Shown: piece after piece, positions 13,101 to 27,500 of the stretch
Position numbering within the stretch: position 1 is the first letter of the stretch
Layout: the number at the start of each line of letters is the position of its first letter
Source of the DNA: Bigelowiella natans CCMP2755
Lineage: Eukaryota > Protista > Cercozoa
DNA: 64,000 nucleotides
Assembly (NCBI GenBank): GCA_000320545.1
Contig: ADNK01001278.1
Location: forward strand, 108,181 to 172,180
Reading direction: 5' to 3'
Program-made: the position numbers and the translations under genes
The notes under the pieces: generated by a model
What the model saw: the letters and a program-made list of their open reading frames with translations, nothing else
Databases searched by the model: none
What the model was told of the DNA's origin: nothing

Positions 13101-16100
13101 AAATCTAAGGGTACTGCTGTCACTCTAGATGTTGATTCTATCGATGATAATATGAAGCAGCAGCAGCGTCCTTGGAAGACCATTCAGGAGAAGTTTCTCA
13201 TGTATGAGATGATCGGTGGCGGATCGGCTCGCGATATGGCCGTGGAGAAGGCCGCAAAGGGCCACAAACTACTCCCATGGGCTGGTGTTGCCGCTCGTCT
13301 CACTCGCACCGAATCAGTATTCGACGACCCGAAGAAGAAGAAGAAAACGCCAGCAACTGCTACGACAGTGACGACGAGGAGCGAGGAGGGGAATACGACG
13401 ATGATCGGTGGCAATGGAAGCGCATTTTGCTTCCTGCCACTCCCCGTGAGAACAGGCCTATCTGTGCATGTGAACGGCTACTTCGAGCTGTCGGCAAATC
13501 GACGTAACATCTGGTGGGGCTCGGATATGACGGGCGATGGGGAAATGCGCTCGAGGTGGAATCGGCTGCTCATCAAGGACGTCGTTTCCGACGCCTATGC
13601 TAAGGTGATGCAAGAAGAAGAAGTATACTAGCAGCAATAGTAATAGTAGTAGCAGTAGCAGTAGTTCGTAGTGGTACTATGAATATCACTAGTTGTTATC
13701 TATCGCTGTCGTAGCCTGCAGCAGCAGGTAGTAACATTTCAAGCACTTGCTGCTGTTGGTAAAAAATAGTTCACAAGCAACCGACTGATCTTCTTTGTGT
13801 ATTTATTCAGCTAATCCTAGAGGCCTCCAAGCGCTACAAGTACACAGACGAGTGTTACTTTCAGCTATGGCCTCACTCGGAAGCGAAGGGGGAGCCATGG
13901 CGCCTCGCACTTCGTGAAACTTACCAAAAGCTTGTCGAACTTCCCGTCCTCTACACTACGGAGGAAGAGGGAGAAGAAGCGAATGATGCTGGGAGCAGTA
14001 GCGGACAATGGTGCATCCCAGGAGAGACCGTTTATGTGCCTCACTACTACCCCCATATCAAAAAGGAGAAGAAGAAGGGGAATGTAAAGGAAGAGCAGGG
14101 AGGAGGAGGAAGAGGAGGGGGTGGGGAAGAAAAGAATGAGAAAGCAGTCGGCAGGAGCAGCAATATCGTGGGCAAGAAGTCTCCCTCACTCTCCTTGAGC
14201 ACAAGCAGCCAGCAGCTGAGGGAGGACGGCAATAATAAGCACAAGAGAAAAGATAACGACGATGATACTGACGAGGTGATAAAAGAAAAGAAGGCCAAGA
14301 TCGCAGAACGGTTATTCTTTGTACTGAAGAAATGCGGGGTGCCGGTGGTTGCGCTCCCGAGCGATGGTATCCGCTATTTTCTAGAGAGGACAGAGAAGGG
14401 GCCCAAAAAAGCTAGTGCCAACTTCCTCCGATGGTTTCTCTCGACGTTCAATTCCCCCCCTAACCGCTGCACGCGCGATGACGCTTTGTTCCTTCTCGAC
14501 TACTGTCTCAGCGACTTCACTGACTACGAACAGCAGCAACAAAACAAGGAGAAGGATGGTGGTGGTGGTGGTGGTGGTGGTGGAGCTGCTTCTGCCAATA
14601 ATTTCCATCTAAAAGATAATATCAGCACCAACAACAAAGTAGTAGTAGCATCATCGTCATCAATGCCCTCGGGACGATTTCAGGACTTGATTGGTCTCCC
14701 TTTGCTGCCTGTAGCGGATGGCTCTTTCGTAGCATTCAAGGCCAATGCGCGCGGCACTCGCCACGCGCCGCGCAATGTCTACATCGCTTCGGATAGTGTT
14801 AGGTCGATTTTCTGCCCGAAACTCGCAAAAAGCTTCCTGCACCCGGGGCTCTCTCCACGACTGAGAGGGCTGTTTGGGCTTGAGGGATTTCAACGGAGCA
14901 CCAACATTACGAAGCTAGGAGACCCACACGCAGCCGACCTACTGAAGCTCCTTCTTCCACCCGAGTGGCAAGGAGGCCGCAAAACGCTCTCGTGGGCAAC
15001 GGTACTTGCTGCTGCTAAGAGAAGGGAGGAAGAAGACGATGAAAAAGAAGAAAAAGAAGGGGAAATGAAGGACAACAAGAGGAAGCAGCGAAAGAAGAAG
15101 AAGAAGAAGATTGGGGGGAAGGAGGTGGAACGGAATTTTGTTGGTTCTCCAATATGGCTGAAACAACTCTGGAGGTTTCTGCTCCGCGATGTGAAGGACC
15201 TATCCGTGTTCTCCGGCGCAAAAACTGGCCTCCCGATAGTCCCTACACTGAACGGGAAGCTCTGCCAGCTCGATCGAAAGGAACTTGCCATCATTAGCAC
15301 CGTCGGGTTCCCAAAGCCTGTAGAGACGCTTCTGGTGAGAAAGCTGAATTGCCTCTGCTTGGATCATGCGAAGATGGGCCTCACAGGTGGTAGTTGCTAG
15401 TTCGTTCAAAGGAAAGAAACAGTTGGATGATGATGATGATAAGAGGAGGAGAAGAAAGAGGAGGAGGAGGAGGAGAAGGAGGAGGACGACGGAGATCATT
15501 ACAAACATGATGGGGGGAAGGAGGAGGGATGATGATAGCGATGATGACGATGATGATGATATTTATTGATGCTGTATGATGACAAATTTAGACAGTTTGT
15601 AGACTGCTTTTGCTCTCATTCTACACCACATCACCATCCATCGATTGTACAAAAGATATTTAGTCTTGTTTATTTTTTTGTGTGTGCACGCATGCATGCA
15701 CGCAAAATATCATTAATTAGTGATGGATGGTCGTGCTGATGATCGTTGAATATATACATTATATGTGGTTGACAGCGTCAGAGCTGAGTGGCTCAGTAGT
15801 CGGGCCCACCCACGCTCTATGGCAATACATCTACAAACCAACGCTACAGGATTTGCTTATCGTCTTCTCCAGGATACTCAAACCGAACCCAGCAGCTTGT
15901 CTACTGAGAGGCAGAGGAGGAGGAGGAGGAGGAGGAGGAGGAGGTAAGTCTATTGTAGAGAGGCACGAAGCTGTGGCCCTTCGGCACTTCATCATTGAAT
16001 CGGCATTCAAGGAAGGACGCTTTGTGCTCAAAAAAGAGGTGGTTGTTGTTGCCGTGTAATAGCTCTCATTCACTCACAGAACGACGTAGACAACGCCTCT

Positions 16101-16271
16101 AGAAGATAGTTCTTGGGAGCACAAAAAGGAAGCAGAAAATCCATATCTGTTGCCGTGTTGCCACCACTATCTTTTCCCTATGTGGAGCACCTACCTACAT
16201 TTCGACAACACAACACAACACACACACCACCATATCCACATTGTAGCAGTAAGATAGCGTGAATTGTCTCC

Positions 16272-16317
<46 letters not shown>

Positions 16318-17305
16318 AGTGATCATGATTGACCTTGTGCTACTATTGGGCGACGTTGCGCTCACACAATCTTAACAGGAGATCGAGTTCGTGAAATCGT
16401 TGCCGATATTCGAGGTGTACGAGGGGCATAGATTCTCCTCACGCTCTCCATCATCTTCTTCTCAATCCTCCACAAGTTCTGTTATGCTGCAAGCCCTAAC
16501 GGGGAGGATACGCCCTCCTAACGGTGTAAATGAGCGCCTCCTAGATTCCAGATTCGTGAAGGTGAAGCAGATTTGTAAATTTGAAGATAGAATACTGATG
16601 ATATTTGCTCAAAGATACGTCTATGATCGTGTCACGCGGCATCTGCATGTCCTTCGTATTAATAGTTCCACATTGTTCTAAGATTTACTTTAGCGCTGCA
16701 GCCATTACTACTATGTGACAATAGCATTCAAATGTAAAATTTGGACACTAAGTTGGTTGTGATAACGATGATCTGCTATAAGCTGCTCAGTCTTGTTTAC
16801 TACTCCTTTCTCCTTCAAATCATTATGCTTCTATTTATTCTTCGAGGTTGCTAAACAAGAGGAACGACTGCTGGAGTGCTTGGGCGTGAAGCAGATGGAC
16901 GAGCTGGAACTCTATAAAACATGCCTCTTCGAGCGGAAAAGCTCCATGCCGATGTTGCCGCAGCACGTCGTCGAGGAGGCCGTCGTCGAGGTTCTACACC
17001 AGCTTCCTCGCCTAAATAAACAGACGAATGGGGTAAGTTCGTAGCCAGTCATCATTCGATCCATTCGCCCATCACTTCCAAGATACGAATACCTACGTGC
17101 TCTTGTATAGTGGAACGACGTAAGTGATGATAATAATGATGATGATGATGATGATGATAGTGATGGTGATGGTGATGCTAACAACAACGCCCTTTTGCAG
17201 AGGTTCAGGGAGTATATCAGAGGGCAGCGATTCATATCTCCGGATGTTGAAAAGGATGATGGAAAGCACAGCAAGACGAAGAAGAAGACAGCACGACAGA
17301 CACCA

Positions 17306-17341
<36 letters not shown>

Positions 17342-20300
17342 TACCATCGCCCTGATGAGCTCTATGACCCTAAACAGCCTACACTTGTCGCACTCCTTCC
17401 TCGCCGATGCTTCCCTTCGGCAATGTTTTCGAGCACGGACATCCTACTGACCTTACGCGGCCTGGGACTTAAGAGCAAGATAGATCGAGCGGGCGTGCTC
17501 TCTGCTGTACGACACATTAGCGCCTTGCCAAATATCGGCAGTAGCGATGAGGAGAAGGTGACCCTCGCAATGGCAATGAAGGAGAAGAAGGCACTCGCTC
17601 GAAGGCTGTTGTTGGTGCTGGACAAAACCAGCGGCGAGGATCTCTTCTCTTCTCTTTTGGACGATGACGACAAGAAGCCGGGAGAGGGGCCAGGAAACAA
17701 TACCAAGAAGGTCGCTGGCGAGGGTAAAGGTGGCATCATCAGTGAGCTCGACGGTTGTAATAGCGATGCTGCTGAGCTCGACAGTGATGATGACGACAAG
17801 GTTCTGGACATATTAAAGAAAAAGGAGAGGGAGGTTGCGATTAGATGGATCGAGGAACTGCGTCAGACGGCATGGTTACCTGTTATGGCACAACCACCAA
17901 TTCACGGCCTACCGTGGTATCATGCACAGCAGCAGCAGCAGCAGCAGCAGGTAACGGTAATGATAGTATATGTCGAAGAATGATGATGATAATATATAAC
18001 AATAATAATGATATTAATGATAACGACGAAGAAGGATGAGGAAGGAGGGGAGAGAAACATTATAAATAACGTATCAACACCGCGTCATCATCGTTACTGT
18101 CGTCCTAGTTACTGTCTCGCAATTGATGATGAGAGGTATTTGTGTGTATGAGAAGTATTTGTGTATATGTCCTCGCCTTTCCCGTCCATCGTATCATTTC
18201 GACTACCCCCTCCTTTTCACATTTCTATCCCCCCCCTCCCCCCCTCTTGCAAGTTCCTCGCTTCGTCATCGAAGGTGCGGCGGCAGAGAGACATGTGGCA
18301 GTGCTCGTCATGTATGCACGTGCTGGACGTCGAGCTTACGAATCCACGCCTTGTAAGGGCGTTGCTCCTCGACTCCCCGCTGCAAGACAAAGTGCTCGCC
18401 ACACAGCTGCTTCAGCTTGCGAAAGCGTACAACACGACCATGCCTATGCAAGGAGAGCCCGAGGGAGCAAATAGGCACAATGAGGATGACCATGACGATA
18501 ATGAGAACAATGAGGGGAAGGATGCGAAGGTGGAAGTGTTTTCAATTGTACACACACGCGCGCATACATCTTTCACGTGTCAAATGTCGTAAAGTCAATC
18601 CCATCAATGTGCGCTCATGTTCTTCTTGTTTACTTTCATTCATGTGTTAATGTGCACAGGGAGGTGAAGGAAGCGGGTTTCATGAGTCACTGCCGCTTCG
18701 GCTGCCACAGCTCTATAATATGATCGAGCAACGTGTGAACGACGACAACAACGACCACGATATCGACCTCCAAGAGAGAGGGCTTGAGAAGAGGCAAAGC
18801 AACGCCAGTAGTAGTAGCCGTATCTTCAGCTCCTATTTCAAGAATCGTGCCTGGGTATGGGTCGGAGAGGGCTTTGGATTTTGTTCTGCAAAGAAGGCGG
18901 TGCTCAAGAGCACGATCGATTGTCGTCCTTACATCTTCCAGCCACCTCGCCTAAGTCCCGGCTACTACAGGCTGCTGCTGAGTAAGGGCTTTGGCGTTGC
19001 CAAGGAGTTGACCATCGAGCAAGTTAAATCAATCCTTCACTCTCTAGCATCCAGGAATCGCGGTCAACCGGTACTATTATCATTATCATTACCATCTCCA
19101 TTACTACTGCTACTTCTACAGCTAGTTGACCAGCTACTGCGGTAGTTGAAGAGAAGTACGACAGTTTCTCACCTATTTTTTTTCCCCCTCTTCTTCTTCT
19201 TCTTCTTCTCCTTCTTTTTAGCTCGACGTTGAACAGATCGATTTCGTACTGCGGCTGTTACGATTCTGCGCCTCAGTGATGAGTGGTCTGAGCAAGGAGG
19301 ATGACGATCGTGAAGAGAAGGATTACAAGGAGGATGAAGAGGAGAAAAGGATTAGCAAGACTGGGGAAGAGGCGGGGGTCGAGCTGTTAGTGCCGAATGT
19401 GAAGGGCATTCTGACGCCAATTCGGAGGGCAATGTTCAACGATGCCCCGTGGATATCTAAAGGGCTATCTAATCAGGACAATATCGAGTATGCGTGCTGT
19501 ATGCAACATTACAACTGATCAACGACGTTACTGCATTACAAAGCAGCCATCTCATTACTTCCTCCTCCTCCCCTCTTTCTCCATGTGTTAAGGTTCGTAC
19601 ACGCCTCTGTGTCGAAGGAGTTATCGAGTGAGCTCGGGATCCGATCATTCCGTAAGGCGCTTCTTTCGCAAAAATCAGGGGAAAAAGACATCCCTTGTTG
19701 CTCCGTCTCTGACTTGTCGATTCTCCTCGCCGACCTCGAAGCCTCCGCTGCACTGGCGTGCCTAGATAATAACGATGATCATCACCACGATAATCTCGCT
19801 GATAATGGTAATAATGGTAAAAGTAACGACGGCAAGCAAAGCAATGCTGGCGGTGCAAGCAATGCGTCGGACGATGACAACAGCATCATCAAAAAAAATG
19901 AAGGGGTGGCTACGAGGAAGGAGATTGATCATCAGCACGACGACAAACCTATCTCTCCGTCAGCAACAGCGGCAGCAGCAGCAGCAGATACAAAGATGCA
20001 TATTGGCGTTGAGGTATTATTTTACTTGTGTACATCATATGTCCATCATCATCATCGTCGTCATCATCATCATCATCATCATGTGTATGGTATTCTCAGC
20101 TTCCATACTACTAGTACCACCCCTTTTATTGTCGTTCACCTTCTACTACATTGCACCCCCCCCCTCATCCTCCAGGTGATGAAGCACCTAATCGAAGTCG
20201 GCGACGTAGCACATGCGCGTCGGATGGACGTTGTGCTAGAGGGGCGTGAGTTCAAGGCCCAGTCATTGTTCACGCCTCTCCTAGCCGACTTCCAGGGACC

Positions 20301-21533
20301 GGCAATCTTGGTACGCTACGATGCCCCTCTGAGCTATGAGACTCTACTCCTACTGCAGGTAACATCACGATTATTTCGAGGGATAGAATGATGATAATGA
20401 TAACGATGATGATGATGATGATGATGAATACTGGTGGGAGAGAGGAGAGAGTCGATGAGACGATAGGAAAGGGGGAAAGTTGTGAGCGGACCCCGTCATC
20501 TTATTACATTATTACTCATGATTCTGATATTGTTATTTACTCCAGACGAGGCTATTTGACTGCTATGGAGTAGACCGTGTAGTCATTCAAGGCCGCCCTA
20601 CATACTACGGCTTGGGGACGATGGCTGCCTACGCATTTGGTGATGTTTTGACAGTGCTGACAGCCGGGAATCTGTACGTCTTTGACCCTCTCCGTGTGTG
20701 CTACATCGACGACTCGAAGGCAGCAGCGGCGATGAAGGGGGCAGATGGACGACCTCCGGTGAGATGATATAGTTACTATCGCCTCTCTCTCTCTCTCACT
20801 CTCACTCTCACTCTCTCTCTTTCTCTTTCCACACTGCTACATACATAGTGTTACTATGCGCATGTGTAGTTGATGGATGTATTTGTCCACCTACCACTAA
20901 CCACTGCTGCTGCTGCTGCAACATTAACAACATCATTACAACGACAACAACACTTACTTGCTCACACTACACTTCTTGTCCTTGTCGCCCCAGAAATCAT
21001 CATCAGCAGCGTTCAGAACGGCCACACAGGGGGCGCAGCTGAATGCCCCTAGCAGCAGCACTTCCTCCACGAAGGATGGGAAGGAAGGTGGTGGCTTTGG
21101 CAAGGTTTACAGCTTCGGTGGCTCAGATTTGTGCGAGCGCTTTCCTGACCAATTTGCGCCCTTTGTCAAATCAATCTTCCGCGTCTCCCCATCTTCAAAG
21201 TACCCAGGAACTATCCTGAGAATTCCGCTTCGTAAGGCACCCTCAAGGCTGTCGAGGTTAGTATGGAACTATGCAGATGTGAGCAAGCTCCTGCAAGCGA
21301 TGCGACCACGGTTGTCGCGCTGTCTTCTTTTCGGCCAGAGTATGGAGTCGATCCACCTCTTCAAGCAGCACTCAGAGGCGGAGGCAGCACAGCTGTATGC
21401 ACAGGCCATTGTGCATAGTTCCAATCTTAGTAATACTCACACATCATCATCATCATCTATATTATATCTATCTTAAGAAACGAAGCAAGGAGAAAGCTTG
21501 GGCAGAATTTCCTTCAGCCTCCCCCCCCCCCCC

Positions 21534-21572
<39 letters not shown>

Positions 21573-24500
21573 CACAGGCACACACATGCACAGGCACATA
21601 TAACCAGCTCCACAACATCTACAGTGCTTCTACCCCCTTCTTCTCATCTTGTCGTCGTAGATAAGTTTCAGTGGGTCTTCCTCCTCTAATCCCCCTCTTC
21701 CTACTATTTTACTCGATATGAAGGCTCATTACGAGAGCGCCGGCAAGCATTAATGTGCAACACTGAATGGCGCCACACGCGCTCTATATTCAACATATTC
21801 GCCTATGCGCCGAAGAAGATTAAGTACCGGATGGACATCGCACACAGGTAGTGGTGGTGGAGGGAAAAGAGAGGCAAAACACCCCGTTCATCGTCGCCAT
21901 GAGTTCTTCCAACGCGCTTCTCTTCTCCTCTCATTATCCACCTATCCATCCATCATCAGAGGTCCCAGCGGACGGACACAGCACGACACGTGGCTGATAT
22001 CTGGAAGTGTAGGTGTGGGGAGAACGCGCGATCTGGCCCTGAAGTTTCAGGCCGAGCAGTCAGGATACTCTGCCGCTTCGTCATCATCCAGACGCTCTAC
22101 CTTCTCGCGACACCCCGCTTTAGAATGGGCTCGTGCCCCCATCGCAGCAGTAGCTGCTCATCTAAGCACAAATGCAGAACCAGCCCCCTGCCTTCAGGGA
22201 GAGGCTTTCTGCACTCTCCCAATAGCTGGTAGTAGTGCTGCTGCCGCTGCTCGTACGGTAGAAATTGCGCAGAGGGGGGGGAAGGATGAGAAGGGAGATA
22301 GTACGGGGACTGTTGGCGAAGTAGGATGTAGCAGCACGGGGCTACCCGTTCATGTCCACTGCCTGTTCTCACGGAGAAAACTGCGACGCCAGCGCCCTCG
22401 TAGCGGGAGGGGAGTTGGTGCTACAGTGATCAACGATACCGATCTACCCAGAAACGAATGGGTTGCTGTCGTGAATGATAACAATACCAGCTCCCCCGGC
22501 GACAACAACAGCAGCATCAACAACTCCTGGAACTCAATGCTAGTGACAGACTGCGTGGCAGACGCGTACGTGGAGCTCCTTGTCGAGATACGCAATCTGC
22601 TCAGGGCAGCAGCTGCAGCTGGAGGCAACGATCCACGCACAGCTGCTGCAGCAGCTGCGGCAACGATGAGGAGGAGAGGCAGTAGTACCAAGGGGGGCAG
22701 AGCTGGGTGGGCCAGCTCAAAGAGGAACTCTTTATCGGTACTGGCCGCTGCTCCAGTGGCCTGTTCTGCATGATGATGATGATGATGATGATGATAAAAG
22801 CCGGCAAGCAAAAAGGAGAGAAGGAAAAGAAGGTGACGATTCAAGAGGAGACGGTGCTCGGTCATCATCCCCTGCTTCTTCTTCTTCCTCATCACCATCA
22901 TCATCATGGTTTCCTCGTAGCGCCTTGATCAAAGAGGTGTACACGAAAGCGATCGGGCGCGGGCTTTTTCTGACTTCTGAAGCCAAGTTTACCAAGGTGA
23001 AGCAAAGTGTATTCGTTGCTGCCACAGCGCCGAGAGAACTCACAGGCTTCCTAGGCCAGTTTAAGTCTGTGTTCGTGGTGCCACCGGTACTCGTCAAGGA
23101 TTTGCAGAAAGTCCTCAGCGGAAAGGCTACAGGTGACAACAAAGCTAATAGTAGTAGTACCGTAATTGTTGTTGTTGACGAAAGGCTGATGACTCTTGGC
23201 ATATGATGATGATAACGATGATGATGATGATGATGATGATGATGATACGCAGGTGAGCCGGCGATGTCCATAAATCCAGCCTACGAACTTCCAATCCTTG
23301 ACCCTCCAGGGACGCGCAGCTTGCTTTCGAAACATCGCGTTGCTGCCAAACTCCTCCACCAGCCGCAGAGAGCGATCATCGCAATACTAAAGTTTGTGCT
23401 GGAAGATCTGGGCCCGGGGAGCTACCAAAAGATTGCGGGACTCAACCTTGCACCACTGCAGGCCGCCAATAACGACGACGATGACGATGATGATAATGAC
23501 GATGACCGCAAGAACGCTGATGATAGGAAAAGGATACGCAGGAATAGTAAGAGGAGGAAAAGTATTCTATCCTCATCCTCCTCCGCCTCCTCTGACGCAC
23601 GTGTTGGGAGCTGGGGGGTGAGGCAGTACGTCATTGCGAACGAGACACAGCAGCAACTGTTGCCTCTATCGGGAATGTACCTCAGCCATCGCTGTTTGGA
23701 GGACGAGTGGCTTCGAGCAAAGCTGCTCGATCCGGAATTTCTACGTCGTTTTCTAACGCCATTTACCCCACGATTCTTCGCCCGTCGCATGTCCAGCCTT
23801 TTCAACTACCGCCAACTCGGCAAGCACCGGGTTGTTCGTAATTGGGTGGGGGCAGAGGAGCGCCGCAGAGCCATTGCGCGTGTCGTTGGTGATGATGAAT
23901 ACAGCGAAGACGACGACGTCGAGAATAGGCTTGATTCGTTGGCCATCAAGACCGATACGGGATATCCCTCGGCAGAGTGGGTGGTACGTTTCTGGGCTGA
24001 AGTGCCGATTCGCGACCGCAGCAAGTCCATGCTATTCAAAATATGGCCGCTGCTACCCATCCTGCCTCGGCCACCAAATGACGAAGATGATGGCGACAGA
24101 TCTCGCCAACATCGTCCGAGCAATGAGCTTGGTGGTAGTGAGCTCCTCTCCCTGAAACTTCTTGAGCATGTCCTATGCATACTGCCCTCTGACCTACCCA
24201 ACATGATTGGCACGACTACGGGGAGAAGAGACATGATGGAGGAGGGAAAAGAGGAAAAATCACAACCTCGTAAGGCTACAGGGGGGGCTAATAGCAGTAA
24301 TAACAAGAAACATCTACGTGGAGCAGCATCTACATCGAGAGGGCAGGGACGAGTGACTGAACATCGCAATAAGGAATGGTTTCACGACCTCTGGATCATC
24401 GGCCTTCCAATACTAGACGCACGCTTCTTTGTCAAGAACCGCATCATCACTGGGACGAAGAAGAACGCCAACCACAATGGAGGAGACGACGATCAGAAGG

Positions 24501-27500
24501 GACAGCGCAAGCAGCAGGATAAACGTCATAGTAGCACCCCAGCAAGAGAGACCATCGGTAATGATGATAGTGATGGTCCAAAACGGCCCCCCCCTCCACC
24601 GCCATCATCATCTCCGGCGGTAGGGGGAGTGGGACAGGAAGCAGTCGAGTTGGACATGTTCCTACCCCCTTTTGACTCGAAGAGGATGACAACAGAACTT
24701 CCGCGCGCGGTGATAGAGATCATCAACGCAGTGGAGCGCTTTCTGCCGGGCCGTATCCAAATGCAACGCTTGAGCGTCGCAGGGCGGAGCGCATGGTCTC
24801 TATGCTTGCGTGGGGCTTTCATCAAGGCCTCTTCAACAAGGATACCGACGACGAGAAGAAGATTAAGGTCATTAAAACGCAGCTCCGGCGGCTGCCGATC
24901 TACGAGATATTGGGGGGGGACGAAGATGAAGATGATGAGAGGAAGAACAAGAGCAAGAAGCCACACAGCGGAGCGCGAAGGGATGGAGGAGATGATGAAG
25001 TAAGAAAGGCACTTGAGTCAGGGCAATATCGTTCGTTGGTAGAAGATGATGTCGACGAGAGAGCTGACGGGAAAATGATGGTGACATACATGATCGAGTC
25101 GGACGCCAAATTTCCAAAGAGCTTCTATAAGTATCTCACATCCACCGGGACATTTCTGGCCTACAAATATCCTGATTTCTACCGATTTCTCGGGGTCCGG
25201 GTATTAGGAAAGAGACAAATCTTAGAAAGATTCCTACGACGCTCCATGAACACCAAAGGTGCTACCAATACTCGCCATGGCTACGACGACGATGACGACG
25301 GCTTTAACGGTTTTGAGGATGTCAGAGATGACCTGTCTAGTAGGGATGGCTTTGACGACGCAATCGTGGCCGATATCAAGCAGAATTGGCAGGTGTTGCG
25401 TTCTGACGACATGGAGCAGCAGCTGCGAGAACTTCCGTTCGTCCCCGCGGCGACGCTTTCTAGACCGAATAGTTACACACTCCGTGAGCGGGCGGAAGCT
25501 CTTTTTGACCCGCGAAACAGACTATTTGCGCAGCTATTTGGAGGAGGAGGAGGAGGAGGAGGAGGAGGAGGAGAGATTAAGGACGACAAGCACCTGTTCC
25601 CAGGGCGAGAGTACCGCTCAGACGAATGGTTAGACTTTTTGTGCAAAATCGGTCTCAAGCATAGAGTAACCGGCGCTGTCTTTGTGGAATGTGCTAAGAG
25701 ACTTGAACACCTACATGAGCAGCAACAAAGGCGACACCGACGGCGACTCAGTGGCAGCAGTAGCAGCAGCAATGTGTTCGATGATACGAAGAGAGGGGGG
25801 GAGCGAAGCGACGATGATGATGAGGATGATAGCACCATGAACGAAAGCAAGAAGACAAGATGTGATGAGGATGAGGATGATGATGGCAGTGATATCGTTA
25901 GTTTGGCCGAGACGCTAGTGTCGCGCTTGTGGAAAGATGAGGCGGCATTCGCACGAGAGCTTCCAGACTTTTGGCAGAAAGTTGCACAGATCAGATTCGT
26001 TCCTGGAAAAGACCCTCACACAGGTGGTAGAAGAAGATTTTATGACAATTAAAATAATGATGCTGATGATGAGGAGATGATGACAATGTTGGTGATTACA
26101 TTTAACAATCCAGCACCTTTTGTTATTGTTGATGAATTTGAATCCCATTGTGGGTAGAAACATGTGTCAGCATTGTTGTCATGGTATAATACCTAATTCA
26201 TCATCATCATCGCTAGGTTTCAAGAGCTTTAGGTTATACCGTTTCTCTGAGATGGCAATGGACAGCGATTTCAACCTCGCTTGGGCTGTTAGGCCAGTCC
26301 TCCTCTCCCGCCACGCGCCCCCTCGGCGACGCCTCAAGCTGCTTGGCGTAGCCTCCCCCCCAGACAAGAGCACTGTACTGCAGAACCTTATCAACCTGTG
26401 CTATGGCGGTGGCTCTGGTGATAGTAGCTCTAGTCCTTATGGACACGATGGAGTTTGGAAGTTGCCCTCATCATCGTCCTCTTCTCGCTCCTCGCCGCTA
26501 CAAATGAGAGAGAGACTGCAGTTGGCGTTGGAGTCGCGACAGAGGAAGCCGGAGGGGGACCGCGGTGGGTTCTTCCACGGTATGATGAAGCAGATCTTTG
26601 GGTATCTGAGTTCGCGCTTCGAGCAGCTGGACGCAAAGGACGTTCAAATGCTGCGGCAAATACCCATAGTTCCTGTCGGCAGCCTCGTGGTAAAGGCGTC
26701 AAGGCTGTACCTTCGGCTGGAGGATGATCTGTTTCCTTTCATGTTTGAAGTACCTCGAGTCTTTGGCGCTTTTGATTCGCTATTTCGAAGGCTCGGCACA
26801 CAGGAATATCCTCGCCCCAACGACTACATCCGTGTGCTAGAGGAAATCCATGTGGAGGCGCGCGGGCAGCCACTAAACATTAATGAGCTCGCTGCTGTAA
26901 TGAAAATGCTGAGGTTGCTAGCCTCCAAATTGCTTGCCTGGCAGCCAACACGCAATCAGCGGCACAAGAATAAGAAGCACGAAGAAGAAGAAAAAGAAAA
27001 GGCCTTTGAGCAGGTTGTCCATATTTTATATAGTTATAATATTATACACATATATCATCACCATCATCCTCTTCTTCATCTTAGATGGTGTTGTTTATGT
27101 TGTTTGTGTTCATAGGCGAATGCTGTGGTCGAAGCGCGATCTTCACGGCGCCTATTGGTCCCGAATGCAGCCAACATCCTTGTGCGCTGTGGAGAGTGTG
27201 TGCTCAATGACTCGCCTATCCTTGCACGCCGCATCTTTGGAGATAACTACGAGCAACAGCAGGTCGCTCAAGATAGTCCTTGAATGATTAATCGTGATGA
27301 TGAGGAGGAGGATGAAGACGATGATGATCATGATGATGATGATGATGATGAAGAGGATAATAGCTGATATACCAATTGCTATAGAAGATCTTTTGACCCA
27401 CACATACTTACATACTTACATACAATCATACATTCATGTATACAGAAGGGACAATTGAGCTTCGTATCTCCAAATCTACCTCCCTCGCTTTGCCAAGAGC

